Positions 14,475-23,290 of a stretch of DNA of 41,058 nt are shown here, piece after piece. The DNA is from a virus. Position 1 is the stretch's first letter. Each line of letters starts with the position of its first letter. Below the pieces are notes generated by a model. The model saw only the letters and a program-made list of their open reading frames with translations. It had not been told where the DNA came from and searched no databases. Location: the IMG/VR virus record IMGVR_UViG_3300045988_101518, positions 1 to 41,058 of that record. One strand, written 5' to 3'. A program made the translations under genes and the position numbers.

Positions 14475-14762
14475 TCAATCTGCTAAAATCGGCACGCCGT
14501 AATCTACACAGCACTGATGCTCTATCCTGCAACCTCTGGCATTTTTCCACCCAGGGGCAAAAATTGCCGCATCTGCAACACTTAATGCTTCTATACTTTT
14601 TGCCAGACACATAAGCGGTCCCCATTCATGGTTATCAAAAAATGTATAAAGCTCTTCTGCATCTCTATACTGTGCTTTAACAGCGGTCATCATTTCCGCT
14701 CTTTCTTTCTGGATTTCGTCGTTGCTCCGCTCCCGCATAGGCTGTGAAATAAATATCTTCAT
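14475..14762 (-). CDS. DUF4406-like (nucleoside 2-deoxyribosyltransferase-fold) protein inserted between holin and endolysin
   Basis: 95 aa. MKIFISQPM...SVADAAIFAPGWKNARGCRIEHQCCVDYGVPIL matches the DUF4406 pattern (YISGPM ... cDaiymlpgWe.SrGa..E...A...g..v) by eye. Confidence 0.5.
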   Translation of the reverse strand: MKIFISQPMRERSNDEIQKERAEMMTAVKAQYRDAEELYTFFDNHEWGPLMCLAKSIEALSVADAAIFAPGWKNARGCRIEHQCCVDYGVPILAD

Positions 14763-14769
14763 AGTTGTG

Positions 14770-14794
14770 TCCTTTCCCCGGTCATTTGCGCCGG
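14770..14794. repeat. 25-bp direct repeat, copy 2, overlapping the 16-bp palindrome TTTGCGCCGGCGCAAA (14785-14800)
   Basis: Identical to 14444-14468. The palindrome core TTGCGCCGGCGCAA recurs at 31022-31035. Confidence 0.9.
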
Positions 14795-14810
14795 CGCAAA
14801 AAGAGAGCGA

Positions 14811-15257
14811 TCACTCGCCCTCTGAATCTTTATTAATTGCCTTATCTGCTACTTCTAATCCCTTCTTTAGTATCAATGGTACATTAAAACCCGCCTCTAC
14901 AAAATTTTCGCAGATAGAACGAATTTCGTTTACCAGGAGAGACGCAAGGACAAAATATCCTAAAAGTGTCGTAATCTGTAAATTCACTCCCAAAACATTT
15001 CCAATTTCTATAAAAACAGCACTGGCGATGAACGCAACCATGATCATCAGCCAATATCCTAGTTTCTTCAATACTCCTTTCCACCCAGATACTGAATTCT
15101 CCTTATGGGCCATCCTGCTTTTCATCCAACCAGTAATCCAATCTGCCACGTTCAGGGCTAAAAATGCCATAAACAGAATCCAATGCTCTCCAAATACCAT
15201 ACTTAATATTGCAACTACCGTTCCCCAAATAGCATTGTAAGTATCAATTATTTTCAT
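14811..15257 (-). CDS. Holin (Phage_holin_4_1 / TcdE-like family)
   Basis: 148 aa with multiple TM helices (VVAILSMVFGEHWILFMAFLALNVADWITGW; LGYWLMIMVAFIASAVFI; TTLLGYFVLASLLVNEIRSI) and a charged C-terminus. Adjacent to the endolysin. Confidence 0.8.
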   Translation of the reverse strand: MKIIDTYNAIWGTVVAILSMVFGEHWILFMAFLALNVADWITGWMKSRMAHKENSVSGWKGVLKKLGYWLMIMVAFIASAVFIEIGNVLGVNLQITTLLGYFVLASLLVNEIRSICENFVEAGFNVPLILKKGLEVADKAINKDSEGE

Positions 15258-15268
15258 CTTATTCCTCC

Positions 15269-16306
15269 TTACTCAAAGATCGCATACAGGTGTCCGCTCC
15301 GAATCTCAAAGGTCGGTGTCTTGCCATCTGCACCCGCCGGTCCCTGGGGGCCTGTAGCACCCGTGGCGCCATTTGCTCCGGCAGCACCGGTATCACCTTT
15401 TGGCCCCTGCGGGCCAGTTGCACCAGTATCACCTTTAGCCCCTTTTAATGCAGCCAACTGGGCAGATGTAAAGTCCGCATAAGTGAAAGCGTCTCCTTTG
15501 TCACCTTTAGGCCCTGTGGCTCCCTGCGGGCCTGTAGCACCAGTTGCGCCTTTCACTCCTTGGGGTCCTGTCATACCAGTTGCACCGGACAAGTCTGTGA
15601 TATAGGTGTATGCCGATGAGCCTTTTACATACAGCTTCGCGTTATCTGCATCATTGACGTTTCCGGTGTCGATCATAACAAACTGGCCAACCTTCACACC
15701 GTCAGAAGCATAACCGCTGTTCATAGCACTGATACTGGCATAGGTCTTTGCGATCGTGAAAGCTTCACCGGCAGGCCCCTGCGGGCCTGTAGCACCTGTA
15801 GCCCCCTTTGGGCCTGTAGCACCGGTCGCTCCGGTGTCTCCCTTCGGACCCTGTGCTCCTGTTGCTCCGGTATCTCCTTTCGGACCCTGTGCACCAGTCG
15901 CACCTTTGATATTACCTGTCTTCGCCCAGGCTCCTGATGCCCTTTTATATACATCAAAATTGGCTGAATTCAGATAAAAGTCTCCGTCTTTTCCCTGTGT
16001 TGTCGGTGCTGCAGCGCCAAACAGCCATGTTGTACCGTCCGCACCTTTTGCTCCGGTTGCACCCGTATCTCCTTTCGGACCTGTCGGGCCAGTCTCGCCC
16101 TGTTTACCCTGTGGCCCCTGAGCACCTGTCTCGCCTTTTGCTCCTGCTGCGCCAGTATCTCCTTTGTCACCTTTATCGCCTTTAAATTCTCCGGAGGCAA
16201 TCGCTTCCGCTAAGCTCTTTCCGTTGTATTCAATGTCTTCTGCGTCTACCAACTTAAATGTCCCGTTGTTTTTGGGTTTAATTTTTGAGATTAATTCAAT
16301 TGCCAT
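15269..16306 (-). CDS. Collagen-like (G-X-Y repeat) tail fibre protein
   Basis: Four separate G-X-Y tracts, e.g. [50 protein letters not shown]-terminus [16 protein letters not shown]. Confidence 0.75.
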   Translation of the reverse strand: MAIELISKIKPKNNGTFKLVDAEDIEYNGKSLAEAIASGEFKGDKGDKGDTGAAGAKGETGAQGPQGKQGETGPTGPKGDTGATGAKGADGTTWLFGAAAPTTQGKDGDFYLNSANFDVYKRASGAWAKTGNIKGATGAQGPKGDTGATGAQGPKGDTGATGATGPKGATGATGPQGPAGEAFTIAKTYASISAMNSGYASDGVKVGQFVMIDTGNVNDADNAKLYVKGSSAYTYITDLSGATGMTGPQGVKGATGATGPQGATGPKGDKGDAFTYADFTSAQLAALKGAKGDTGATGPQGPKGDTGAAGANGATGATGPQGPAGADGKTPTFEIRSGHLYAIFE

Positions 16307-16318
16307 GTCTTTCCTCCC

Positions 16319-17089
16319 TTACGCTACTACAACTGTGGTATTGCCAAGCCCTGCATTGTCAGATTTCCAGATATCATAGGATTCTTTATGGCCAGATGCA
16401 TTTGTAAAGTCAATAGTTGCTGCCTTTGTAAATCCTCCGTCAAAGCCACCTACTTTAAAGGCTGGTGTGCCGTATCTGGAAGGAATCGCATAATATATAT
16501 GCTGCCCAGGTGATGCCGTTACTGTAAATGTTTTTGCCTTGCTGTTTTGCAATGCCTTGGTGAGTTTTAAAACAAAAGCACTATCAAAAGCAGATGCATT
16601 TGCCGCCGCACCATAATACACACCATTTAAAAACTGGATTAATGATGTCTTTGTAGCTTCTGCTTCCCTGTCATCTGTAGCTTTCAGGGTATAAGTCTTG
16701 TTTGCTTTAATATTTGCATTTTCAATAGTCTTTGTTTTCAGGCTTACATCTAAGGCTGCACCGTCCAGGGTTAAGGTTTTCGGCGTCTTATTTGTTGCCC
16801 AGCTTAATACAACCGTGTTCACAGTGCTTCCCATTTCCACCGTGTTAACATTGTTCGTAAAGGAGGATATCTGGATTTTTATATACTGGACATCATCCAT
16901 TCTTTTTATTAAGTCGTCCAGCGCCTTTTCCACATCTATGTCCTTATAGCTTACGCCTCCCGCTGTAGTTGCTCCCGGGTCCCCTTTTTCTCCTTTTGGC
17001 CCTGCGGGTCCCTGAGCTCCCGTTTCCCCTTTCTCTCCTTTTGGCCCCTGCGGTCCTACAATACTGCCTAAATCAATTTCTCTTGCCAT
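16319..17089 (-). CDS. Tail fibre protein with N-terminal collagen-like tract
   Basis: [39 protein letters not shown] followed by a beta-rich C-terminal domain. Confidence 0.65.
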   Translation of the reverse strand: MAREIDLGSIVGPQGPKGEKGETGAQGPAGPKGEKGDPGATTAGGVSYKDIDVEKALDDLIKRMDDVQYIKIQISSFTNNVNTVEMGSTVNTVVLSWATNKTPKTLTLDGAALDVSLKTKTIENANIKANKTYTLKATDDREAEATKTSLIQFLNGVYYGAAANASAFDSAFVLKLTKALQNSKAKTFTVTASPGQHIYYAIPSRYGTPAFKVGGFDGGFTKAATIDFTNASGHKESYDIWKSDNAGLGNTTVVVA

Positions 17090-17103
17090 ATCTCATCTCT
17101 CCT

Positions 17104-17742
17104 TTACTTTTGATATAATGCATATAAATGTCCATCTCTGATTTCAAATTCCGGGGTCTCTCCTGCCGGCCCTCGGATATCCTCCAGGGCCACCAGCCTG
17201 TTCCACTCATTGCTGTCTGTATAACGCCATTTGATATCAGTACCATCATTTTTGAGTTCGATTTCCCGCTCTTGGACTGGCAGCCTGATTCGGGTGCCAA
17301 TTGGCTGCCCCTCAGACATAAGCTGCAGGATATCCTCCTGGATATTAAGGTCATCCGCACGGCAGTGCAATTCATTTAGGATCTCCTGCATGGGAGTCAA
17401 TGACGATCCGTCATAGTTTTCTGGTCTTGCACGTTTTTTTACAGGCATCAGGATTGTCCGTAAAGTTTCTCCCTGTCCATCATCGCAAACATAAATGTAA
17501 GCAACAATGTTTTTGCCGCTCTGGAGCAGGATGTCCGGAATACTTGCAGATGTGCTGCCGTCTTCATTTCTGTGGCCCAGGATCGTAAAAGACATATCCC
17601 CAAATTCTTCCACCATATGGATATCAGTCATCTCTGGCAGATTAAGCCCGTACACCTGCAGTACCTGGCCGTAATCCCATTGTGCCAGCCCATATATTGT
17701 TTTATAATATTGCCCATCACTGCAAAATTTTGCTATAATCAT
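17104..17742 (-). CDS. Tail fibre / baseplate-associated protein (BppU_N-like N-terminus)
   Basis: ATG 17742 follows GGAAGGAG. 212 aa. C-terminus RGPAGETPEFEIRDGHLYALYQK is shared with 15269-16306. Confidence 0.5.
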   Translation of the reverse strand: MIIAKFCSDGQYYKTIYGLAQWDYGQVLQVYGLNLPEMTDIHMVEEFGDMSFTILGHRNEDGSTSASIPDILLQSGKNIVAYIYVCDDGQGETLRTILMPVKKRARPENYDGSSLTPMQEILNELHCRADDLNIQEDILQLMSEGQPIGTRIRLPVQEREIELKNDGTDIKWRYTDSNEWNRLVALEDIRGPAGETPEFEIRDGHLYALYQK

Positions 17743-17767
17743 TGCCGTCTCCTTCCCGCCTGGAAGA

Positions 17768-17884
17768 TTAACCGGCAAGGATGCTTGTCTTTTCTTCCTG
17801 GCTGATCCAGCCTTTTGCGGCTGCCTTTTCCACTACTTCTGCATTTCCAGTCTTTTTGTATAGTCTTACAATTGTCTCAAACAT
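17768..17884 (-). CDS. XkdX-family small phage protein
   Basis: 38 aa, MFETIVRLYKKTGNAEVVEKAAAKGWISQEEKTSILAG, fits the XkdX pattern (...kgkIt.eeYkeItG). ATG follows AAGGAGG. Below the ORF-track cutoff. Confidence 0.55.
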   Translation of the reverse strand: MFETIVRLYKKTGNAEVVEKAAAKGWISQEEKTSILAG

Positions 17885-17899
17885 ATTGTATATACCTCC

Positions 17900-18301
17900 T
17901 TACGCAATCCCCAGGCTATCAAGCACCAGGGTGTCAACAGTTTCCTCCAGGGCAGCTATACGGGCCTCCGTCTCGTCCGGCCTCTGCAGCTCCACAATAA
18001 TGGCAACGCCTATAACAGGTACCGAATTTCCTTCCTCGTCCTGTGTGTAATCCACAATAGCCTCCATCTGCTTTTTTATACTTAGCAATTTTGTATACCC
18101 TAAATGGGACAAAAAAGTGCTACCATCATGGTCAATTAACTGAATTTTTTTAGTGTTTTCAGTGTTTTCGAACAGTTCCTCAAACTCAACAATATTCTTT
18201 TCGTTTGCAAATAAATTTATAGTGAGTATATTATCCAAAGCCTGAACACCATCTTCTGTGACTTCAAATTCTTCGCCTTTATTCAACCTGATTTTCCACA
18301 T
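17900..18301 (-). CDS. Hypothetical tail-fibre-associated protein
   Basis: 133-aa ORF between fibre genes, with coiled C-terminus ARIAALEETVDTLVLDSLG. Confidence 0.5.
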   Translation of the reverse strand: MWKIRLNKGEEFEVTEDGVQALDNILTINLFANEKNIVEFEELFENTENTKKIQLIDHDGSTFLSHLGYTKLLSIKKQMEAIVDYTQDEEGNSVPVIGVAIIVELQRPDETEARIAALEETVDTLVLDSLGIA

Positions 18302-18332
18302 ATTTTTACCTCTTTTCTTCTAACATTGAAAA

Positions 18333-19211
18333 TTATGCTGTCCGCTTCCATATATAGCATGTAATATATGGTTGTAAATTCTTTGCATTTCCTGTACCTG
18401 AACTTCTTGATGTCCCTGAAACCTTATGTGTATGTGCACCACTAGACGAAGTGGGTATTTTCCCTGATGTTGAAGTACCCGTCATAAAATATCGGTTATG
18501 TGAATCTGAATCATTTGTCAATGCGCCTATCCTGTCTAGATTGTGAGTATGTGCACCTGCTGACCCTGTAGTAGCGCTGAAACTATGTGTATGAGACTGT
18601 AGTTCCTTACTACCACCAATTTTCTCGGCCGTATTGAATTCTGTCTGGCTGGTATCTACACAAACAAGGGTTCTACCTGGAGAAAATAGCTCCCATGTTC
18701 CCCCAAAAAGTTCTTCAGGATTCGTCGCATTCGCCGATATATATATACTGCCGATTGGATATATCGACGTGGTCATTTGTTCTTTTAAATGTGTAAAGAG
18801 ATTTGAAAATAACATCTTTTTACCAGTCCCTGAAAACTCTTCCACCAAAAAAGCATCCGTATCAACAGGTGTAACCTTATTTTCTAAATCAATCACGCGG
18901 TTAAATGCAAGATACTTCATATCCTTTAGCCACTTGGATATCTTTCCGATCAACACCGCTATGGAATTTTCCGTGACCAATGTCTCCCTGGATGTCGCGT
19001 CTGAAAACGCGATAGGGGTAGACGCATCCACTTTGCCAGTCGGCCCTTGTGGCCCTTGCGGCCCTGTGGCCCCTACATCACCTTTATCCCCCTTCGGTCC
19101 TTGCGGACCTGTTGGGCCTGCTGGACCTGCCGGACCCTGAGGGCCGGTCGCTCCTGTAGCTCCCTTCGGCCCCTGCGGTCCCATCACATTGCCTAAATCA
19201 AGTTCGGGCAT
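18333..19211 (-). CDS. Collagen-like tail fibre with C-terminal tail-collar-like domain
   Basis: N-terminus [60 protein letters not shown]-terminal HTH-repeats (SHTHSF, GAHTHNL, GAHTHKV) and ...[15 protein letters not shown] are typical of the phage tail collar domain. Confidence 0.7.
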   Translation of the reverse strand: MPELDLGNVMGPQGPKGATGATGPQGPAGPAGPTGPQGPKGDKGDVGATGPQGPQGPTGKVDASTPIAFSDATSRETLVTENSIAVLIGKISKWLKDMKYLAFNRVIDLENKVTPVDTDAFLVEEFSGTGKKMLFSNLFTHLKEQMTTSIYPIGSIYISANATNPEELFGGTWELFSPGRTLVCVDTSQTEFNTAEKIGGSKELQSHTHSFSATTGSAGAHTHNLDRIGALTNDSDSHNRYFMTGTSTSGKIPTSSSGAHTHKVSGTSRSSGTGNAKNLQPYITCYIWKRTA

Positions 19212-19225
19212 AATTCTCTACCTCC

Positions 19226-19861
19226 TTATAAGATCATGACCAGATGGCCATTATCATCTATTTTGTATCCCGGGGCATCTGCGCCAGCGTATACTATATA
19301 AAGATGTCCGTCTCCCCGCACCTGGAAGGCATAGACACCTTTGCTCTCTACAACTGCAGCATCCCCACCCCGGTCACCTTTATCTCCCTTGTCTCCTTTT
19401 GGTCCCTGGATACCTTGCGGTCCCTGCGGGCCTGCCGGGCCGGTCGGACCTATTGGACCCTGTGGCCCCTGCGGGCCATTGAACTCCCCAGCCTGTCTGC
19501 GCCGCTCCAAGTCGTCGGCAGTAGCGTTAGCCCGGTTTGCGGCAGCCTCTGCTGCTTGTGCTTGTGTATTGGCAAGCTGTCCGGCATTGTTAGCGTATTT
19601 CGTTGCTTCCACCGCATCTTTTACAGCCGCCCCAACCTCACCGACAAGCCTGTTGATGATCTCCTGTGTCCGCTCGTCTAACTCTATGGTCAGGTCTTCC
19701 TCTGTCATGAGGCGTTTCACAACTCCGGCGGAAAAGCATACATACGTTGCCTTCCCATCCCACACATTCGGGTCTCCCCTCAGTACAACTGCCCATTCCC
19801 CTGGCAGCATCTTCTGGGGGTCAAAGTGGTCAAAATCGCCCCGCCTATCCTGTATCGCCAT
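19226..19861 (-). CDS. Collagen-like tail fibre protein
   Basis: G-X-Y tract [37 protein letters not shown]. Conserved fibre N-terminus DRRGDFDHFDPQKMLPGEWAV. C-terminal GDGHLYIVY motif. Confidence 0.7.
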   Translation of the reverse strand: MAIQDRRGDFDHFDPQKMLPGEWAVVLRGDPNVWDGKATYVCFSAGVVKRLMTEEDLTIELDERTQEIINRLVGEVGAAVKDAVEATKYANNAGQLANTQAQAAEAAANRANATADDLERRRQAGEFNGPQGPQGPIGPTGPAGPQGPQGIQGPKGDKGDKGDRGGDAAVVESKGVYAFQVRGDGHLYIVYAGADAPGYKIDDNGHLVMIL

Positions 19862-19887
19862 ATTGGTTCACCTCCTTACCCTTACCC

Positions 19888-20895
19888 TTACCCTGGTATC
19901 CAGCGCACCAGTGACACCCCCGTGGGTGTCGGTGGCGTACTGCCGCCTGGATAACGCAGCACACAGTCCCAGGGATAGTTATGATAACCGCATGTCCATA
20001 TTTCTGTGCCATCCTGGTCCCCTGTCTGCGGGTTGCCACGATTTGATGATGCTTGTACCATCCTGCCACTACCAATGCTCATTGCTGTATGGTTAACGTG
20101 ATTAAGGAGCACATCACCGTATATGATGCCACTCCCGGATGCCATATCTACACTATTTGTCACATCCTGAAATCCGCAGGCAATAAACGCGTCATACATA
20201 TTACCAGTGTATGACGCTCCCTTATCTTTAACCGGGACACCAGCCTGTTGCCACGCCGATATCAAAAGTGAGGAGCAGTCGTAATCCGGCCCCCAGCGAT
20301 TGGCCTGTGAATATCCGTGAGAATTATCATTCGCGATTGCGATCGCCCATTCCACAGCATTTTTGATAACCGTCGAGCTTCCATAGGTCAGGTTTTCAAA
20401 CCAGTACCGTGCATTCTGCCTTCTTTCCTCTAGTGCCAGTACCCCGGGTCTTTCATAATTCCGCATAAAAGCTTCCGCCAGGTATTCAGGAGCCTGTGTA
20501 GACTTGGTAAACGCGGAAAACGAGAAATTAAAAGAGGAAGTGGCGATCCATTGCTGGTTGTTTGCCACTTCCCATAAAATACATTCCAACTGGCCGTTAA
20601 AATACGCTGTCGGATTGCCCATATTATTTCCCCAGGGATATCCCCTGGCATCCGCCCATGATGTGTAACCCGTTGCCGGTGTCCACTGCACCAGGCCATA
20701 TCCACCTGACATATTGCCGTAAATAAGGGATTCCCATAACCCAGGGTTGAGTGTGGACTCGCGCTGCATATTTCCGAGTATTCCCGCAACGGCGTTCTGT
20801 GTCCAGCCTCTGGATATGAGGTAATCCGCAACATACTGGGCATTTCCTGCCATCTGAGATGTTGTTAAATAGGCATTGCTTATCGTAAGTGCCAT
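19888..20895 (-). CDS. Virion-associated peptidoglycan hydrolase (tail lysozyme-like N-domain plus NlpC/P60-type C-domain)
   Basis: N-domain AGILGNMQRESTLNPGLWE...GYGLVQWTP. C-domain DCSSLLISAWQQAGVPV ... GDVLLNHVNHTAMSIG (Cys/His peptidase pattern). Confidence 0.7.
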   Translation of the reverse strand: MALTISNAYLTTSQMAGNAQYVADYLISRGWTQNAVAGILGNMQRESTLNPGLWESLIYGNMSGGYGLVQWTPATGYTSWADARGYPWGNNMGNPTAYFNGQLECILWEVANNQQWIATSSFNFSFSAFTKSTQAPEYLAEAFMRNYERPGVLALEERRQNARYWFENLTYGSSTVIKNAVEWAIAIANDNSHGYSQANRWGPDYDCSSLLISAWQQAGVPVKDKGASYTGNMYDAFIACGFQDVTNSVDMASGSGIIYGDVLLNHVNHTAMSIGSGRMVQASSNRGNPQTGDQDGTEIWTCGYHNYPWDCVLRYPGGSTPPTPTGVSLVRWIPG

Positions 20896-20907
20896 ATTTC
20901 TTCCTCC

Positions 20908-22929
20908 TTAAAATGCCCCTCCTTTTGCATTACCTCCTGTCAGTATCCCATTATTAAAAGTCAAATATGTCCCATCTGAAAATTCTGCCCTACCGGTCTT
21001 TGACCCTTGTATTTTAGGAATTGCCATACCAGTATTGTTAAATTGTAAAACTGGTTTACCGCTTTCTCCAATGTAGAACTCATAACTACTGTTTTTGCCT
21101 TTGAGTTTGAATTCCATATAATCTTTTCCAATATTGTTTCCATTACTATCTACCACAGGCAAAATCGCAATAGAACCTATCTCTTCGTTATTACTATAGG
21201 AATGCAAACCAACCTTTTCAACTTTTACTCCTCTCCCTTTTTCATTAACATTGCTGAACGTTCCTTCTAAATCAACATTTGATGCCCTCACACCATTCCT
21301 GTCCCAAACGCCTATCTCTTTTCCAGAGGCATCCAAAATGCGCAGCACACCATTCACATTCTTTTCTCCGCCCAATGTCAGAGTACCGCCCTTTGCCCAG
21401 TCAAAACGGATACCAATAGCCGACAGGACATTGACCACCGCATTGCCTTTGCTGTCCATCCCCGCATTCCAAGTCTTACCTCCATCTGTAGATACTGCGA
21501 AAGCATCTGCTGTCATCTTCCAAATGGTGTCGGAACCCTTTAAAGTGGGTTTATTATGCATATAAAAAATGGTGCTGCCATCCTCCAGCTTTTCCTCCGT
21601 CTTATATACACCAAAAGACTGAGTGATTAAACTGGTCAGGGCCTGCACCGCTTTGTTATACTCATTTATCTGTACTTTAGTATTTTTCTTTGCCTTTACA
21701 AAGGCTTGTGTAGCCTCTGTAAACCTGGATGCACTGTTACGGGCCGGTGTTTTTGCATCACAGGATACCGACTGATAATTACCTGTCTGGTAGGTGGTAT
21801 TTGTAATATAGCACTGATAGGTGTTCTGCTTATAATCTGTCACGATTGCCGGGTCTCCTGCTTCTATGGCAGGGTCTGACAGGCAAGAGATAGACACTGG
21901 GCGGAATTTCATCCCTATCAGGCAGCCGCCTAAATAATCAGCGACCGTCTTACCGCTACCCTTACGGATAAAATCATTATCCTTTATCTCCAGCACATAA
22001 CCTTCCACACCTGTCATATATGACGCCGGGGCATCCTGTACAGTGGTGTCTTGTGCCTCTGTCACCTTGATCCCGGTTATCACCACATCATCTGTAGCAA
22101 CACTTATACTGTTTAAGGCATATAAATGGTGGTATTCCTGTAAACTGTCAAACGTTCCCCCATCCAGGCTGTCTCCATCTGTCCAAGGCAGGAAACTGCC
22201 GCCATCTGCACTGTCACCAGTCTGATAAGACGGGGTTCCATCGTCAAACACGCCGCCATCCATGCCCTTGTGACGCCCAAATACGGCAGTGTCATACCAT
22301 CCTGACGTCAACCGGCCATATGCGTCACACTTCCAGTAACGGCAGGCTATCTGCCCCACCCATGTCAGCACCTGCCTGAAGGTCAGTGCTTCATCGGCAG
22401 GCCGTTCCTTTACCGTAAAATTGCGGTTCGGGAAATCCGCGGATGCCTGTACCACGCCACAGACACTGCAGGCATCGGCTACAATCTGCCCCAGTGTAGC
22501 CGGATATTTTAATCTGCTGTCTGTATATGGCTGGTCAAATCTCGCCATGTTGTCATAAGCTGTGACAGAGATGACCGCACCCGTAAATTTTCCCGGCTCT
22601 GCCGTGTATATGCCCTTTGGTATCCACTCGATCTTGTCCTCTGATAGCTGCAGGCCAACCTTTACATTCAGTTCTGCACCCTCAAAATCGTAGGTATTAT
22701 ACCGCCCGTCTGCATTGTCCAGGCGCAGCGTGCACTCCACAATAGATGCCGAACCAATATCAAAGCTGTCTGTACTGGATACGCCTGTCTTGATAGTCAG
22801 ACCATCCGACATCAGATCCGCATTTGTTAATACTATCTCTGTCCCATCCGGGAACTGCATCACTGCCCGCACATGAAATATCCTGTCCTGTACAACAGCC
22901 CGTCTGTAATCCATACTTGTCCTTACCAT
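20908..22929 (-). CDS. Tail-associated lysin-like / tail tip protein (Tal, prophage-tail endopeptidase family)
   Basis: 673 aa directly after the TMP and the Dit-like gene. ATG 22929 follows AGAGGTGA. Confidence 0.65.
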   Translation of the reverse strand: MVRTSMDYRRAVVQDRIFHVRAVMQFPDGTEIVLTNADLMSDGLTIKTGVSSTDSFDIGSASIVECTLRLDNADGRYNTYDFEGAELNVKVGLQLSEDKIEWIPKGIYTAEPGKFTGAVISVTAYDNMARFDQPYTDSRLKYPATLGQIVADACSVCGVVQASADFPNRNFTVKERPADEALTFRQVLTWVGQIACRYWKCDAYGRLTSGWYDTAVFGRHKGMDGGVFDDGTPSYQTGDSADGGSFLPWTDGDSLDGGTFDSLQEYHHLYALNSISVATDDVVITGIKVTEAQDTTVQDAPASYMTGVEGYVLEIKDNDFIRKGSGKTVADYLGGCLIGMKFRPVSISCLSDPAIEAGDPAIVTDYKQNTYQCYITNTTYQTGNYQSVSCDAKTPARNSASRFTEATQAFVKAKKNTKVQINEYNKAVQALTSLITQSFGVYKTEEKLEDGSTIFYMHNKPTLKGSDTIWKMTADAFAVSTDGGKTWNAGMDSKGNAVVNVLSAIGIRFDWAKGGTLTLGGEKNVNGVLRILDASGKEIGVWDRNGVRASNVDLEGTFSNVNEKGRGVKVEKVGLHSYSNNEEIGSIAILPVVDSNGNNIGKDYMEFKLKGKNSSYEFYIGESGKPVLQFNNTGMAIPKIQGSKTGRAEFSDGTYLTFNNGILTGGNAKGGAF

Positions 22930-22933
22930 GTCA

Positions 22934-23290
22934 TCACCTCTGTATAATATCCACCGTAACACTGCGGTACCAAAATATCCCGTCCCCCAGGCGGCCTATC
23001 TGTTCTTTGGATATGGTCCCCCGGTATACTTCTATCGTTACATTGATACCATCATCCCGGAAGGTGAAGGGGAAAAAGCCTGCCACCAGTGTCCGCTTGA
23101 TAAGCGCTACATCTGATTCCGGGAGCACACCCCATTTGATACTTACAGTCTTTTTATTCGCAACCGGGTCTCCGACCATCGTCCCGTCCATTGTACGGCC
23201 CGTGTCGGAGGTCCATATGATCTCGTCATTAACGGAAATGGAGACGGGTGCCGGCAGCACCACGCCTCCTGATCTTAAAATATCTGCCAT
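22934..23290 (-). CDS. Small distal-tail-protein-like component
   Basis: 118 aa immediately downstream of the tape measure gene (Dit position). Shorter than a canonical Dit. Confidence 0.45.
   Translation of the reverse strand: MADILRSGGVVLPAPVSISVNDEIIWTSDTGRTMDGTMVGDPVANKKTVSIKWGVLPESDVALIKRTLVAGFFPFTFRDDGINVTIEVYRGTISKEQIGRLGDGIFWYRSVTVDIIQR

Noticed and set aside
15721-16200. Several 70-80-aa ORFs on both strands inside the collagen-like gene, and likewise 18634-19140 and 19244-20096 (up to 251 aa)
   Set aside because: Alternative frames and antisense of GGN-CCN-rich G-X-Y repeats stay open by composition alone. They give Pro/Arg/Ala-rich nonsense, have no SDs and are fully nested in well-supported fibre genes.
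15269-19861. CRISPR array or diversity-generating retroelement suggested by repetitive DNA in the fibre genes
   Set aside because: The repeats are triplet-periodic coding repeats (Gly-X-Y), not repeat-spacer units. No reverse transcriptase or template-repeat/variable-repeat pair exists in the window.
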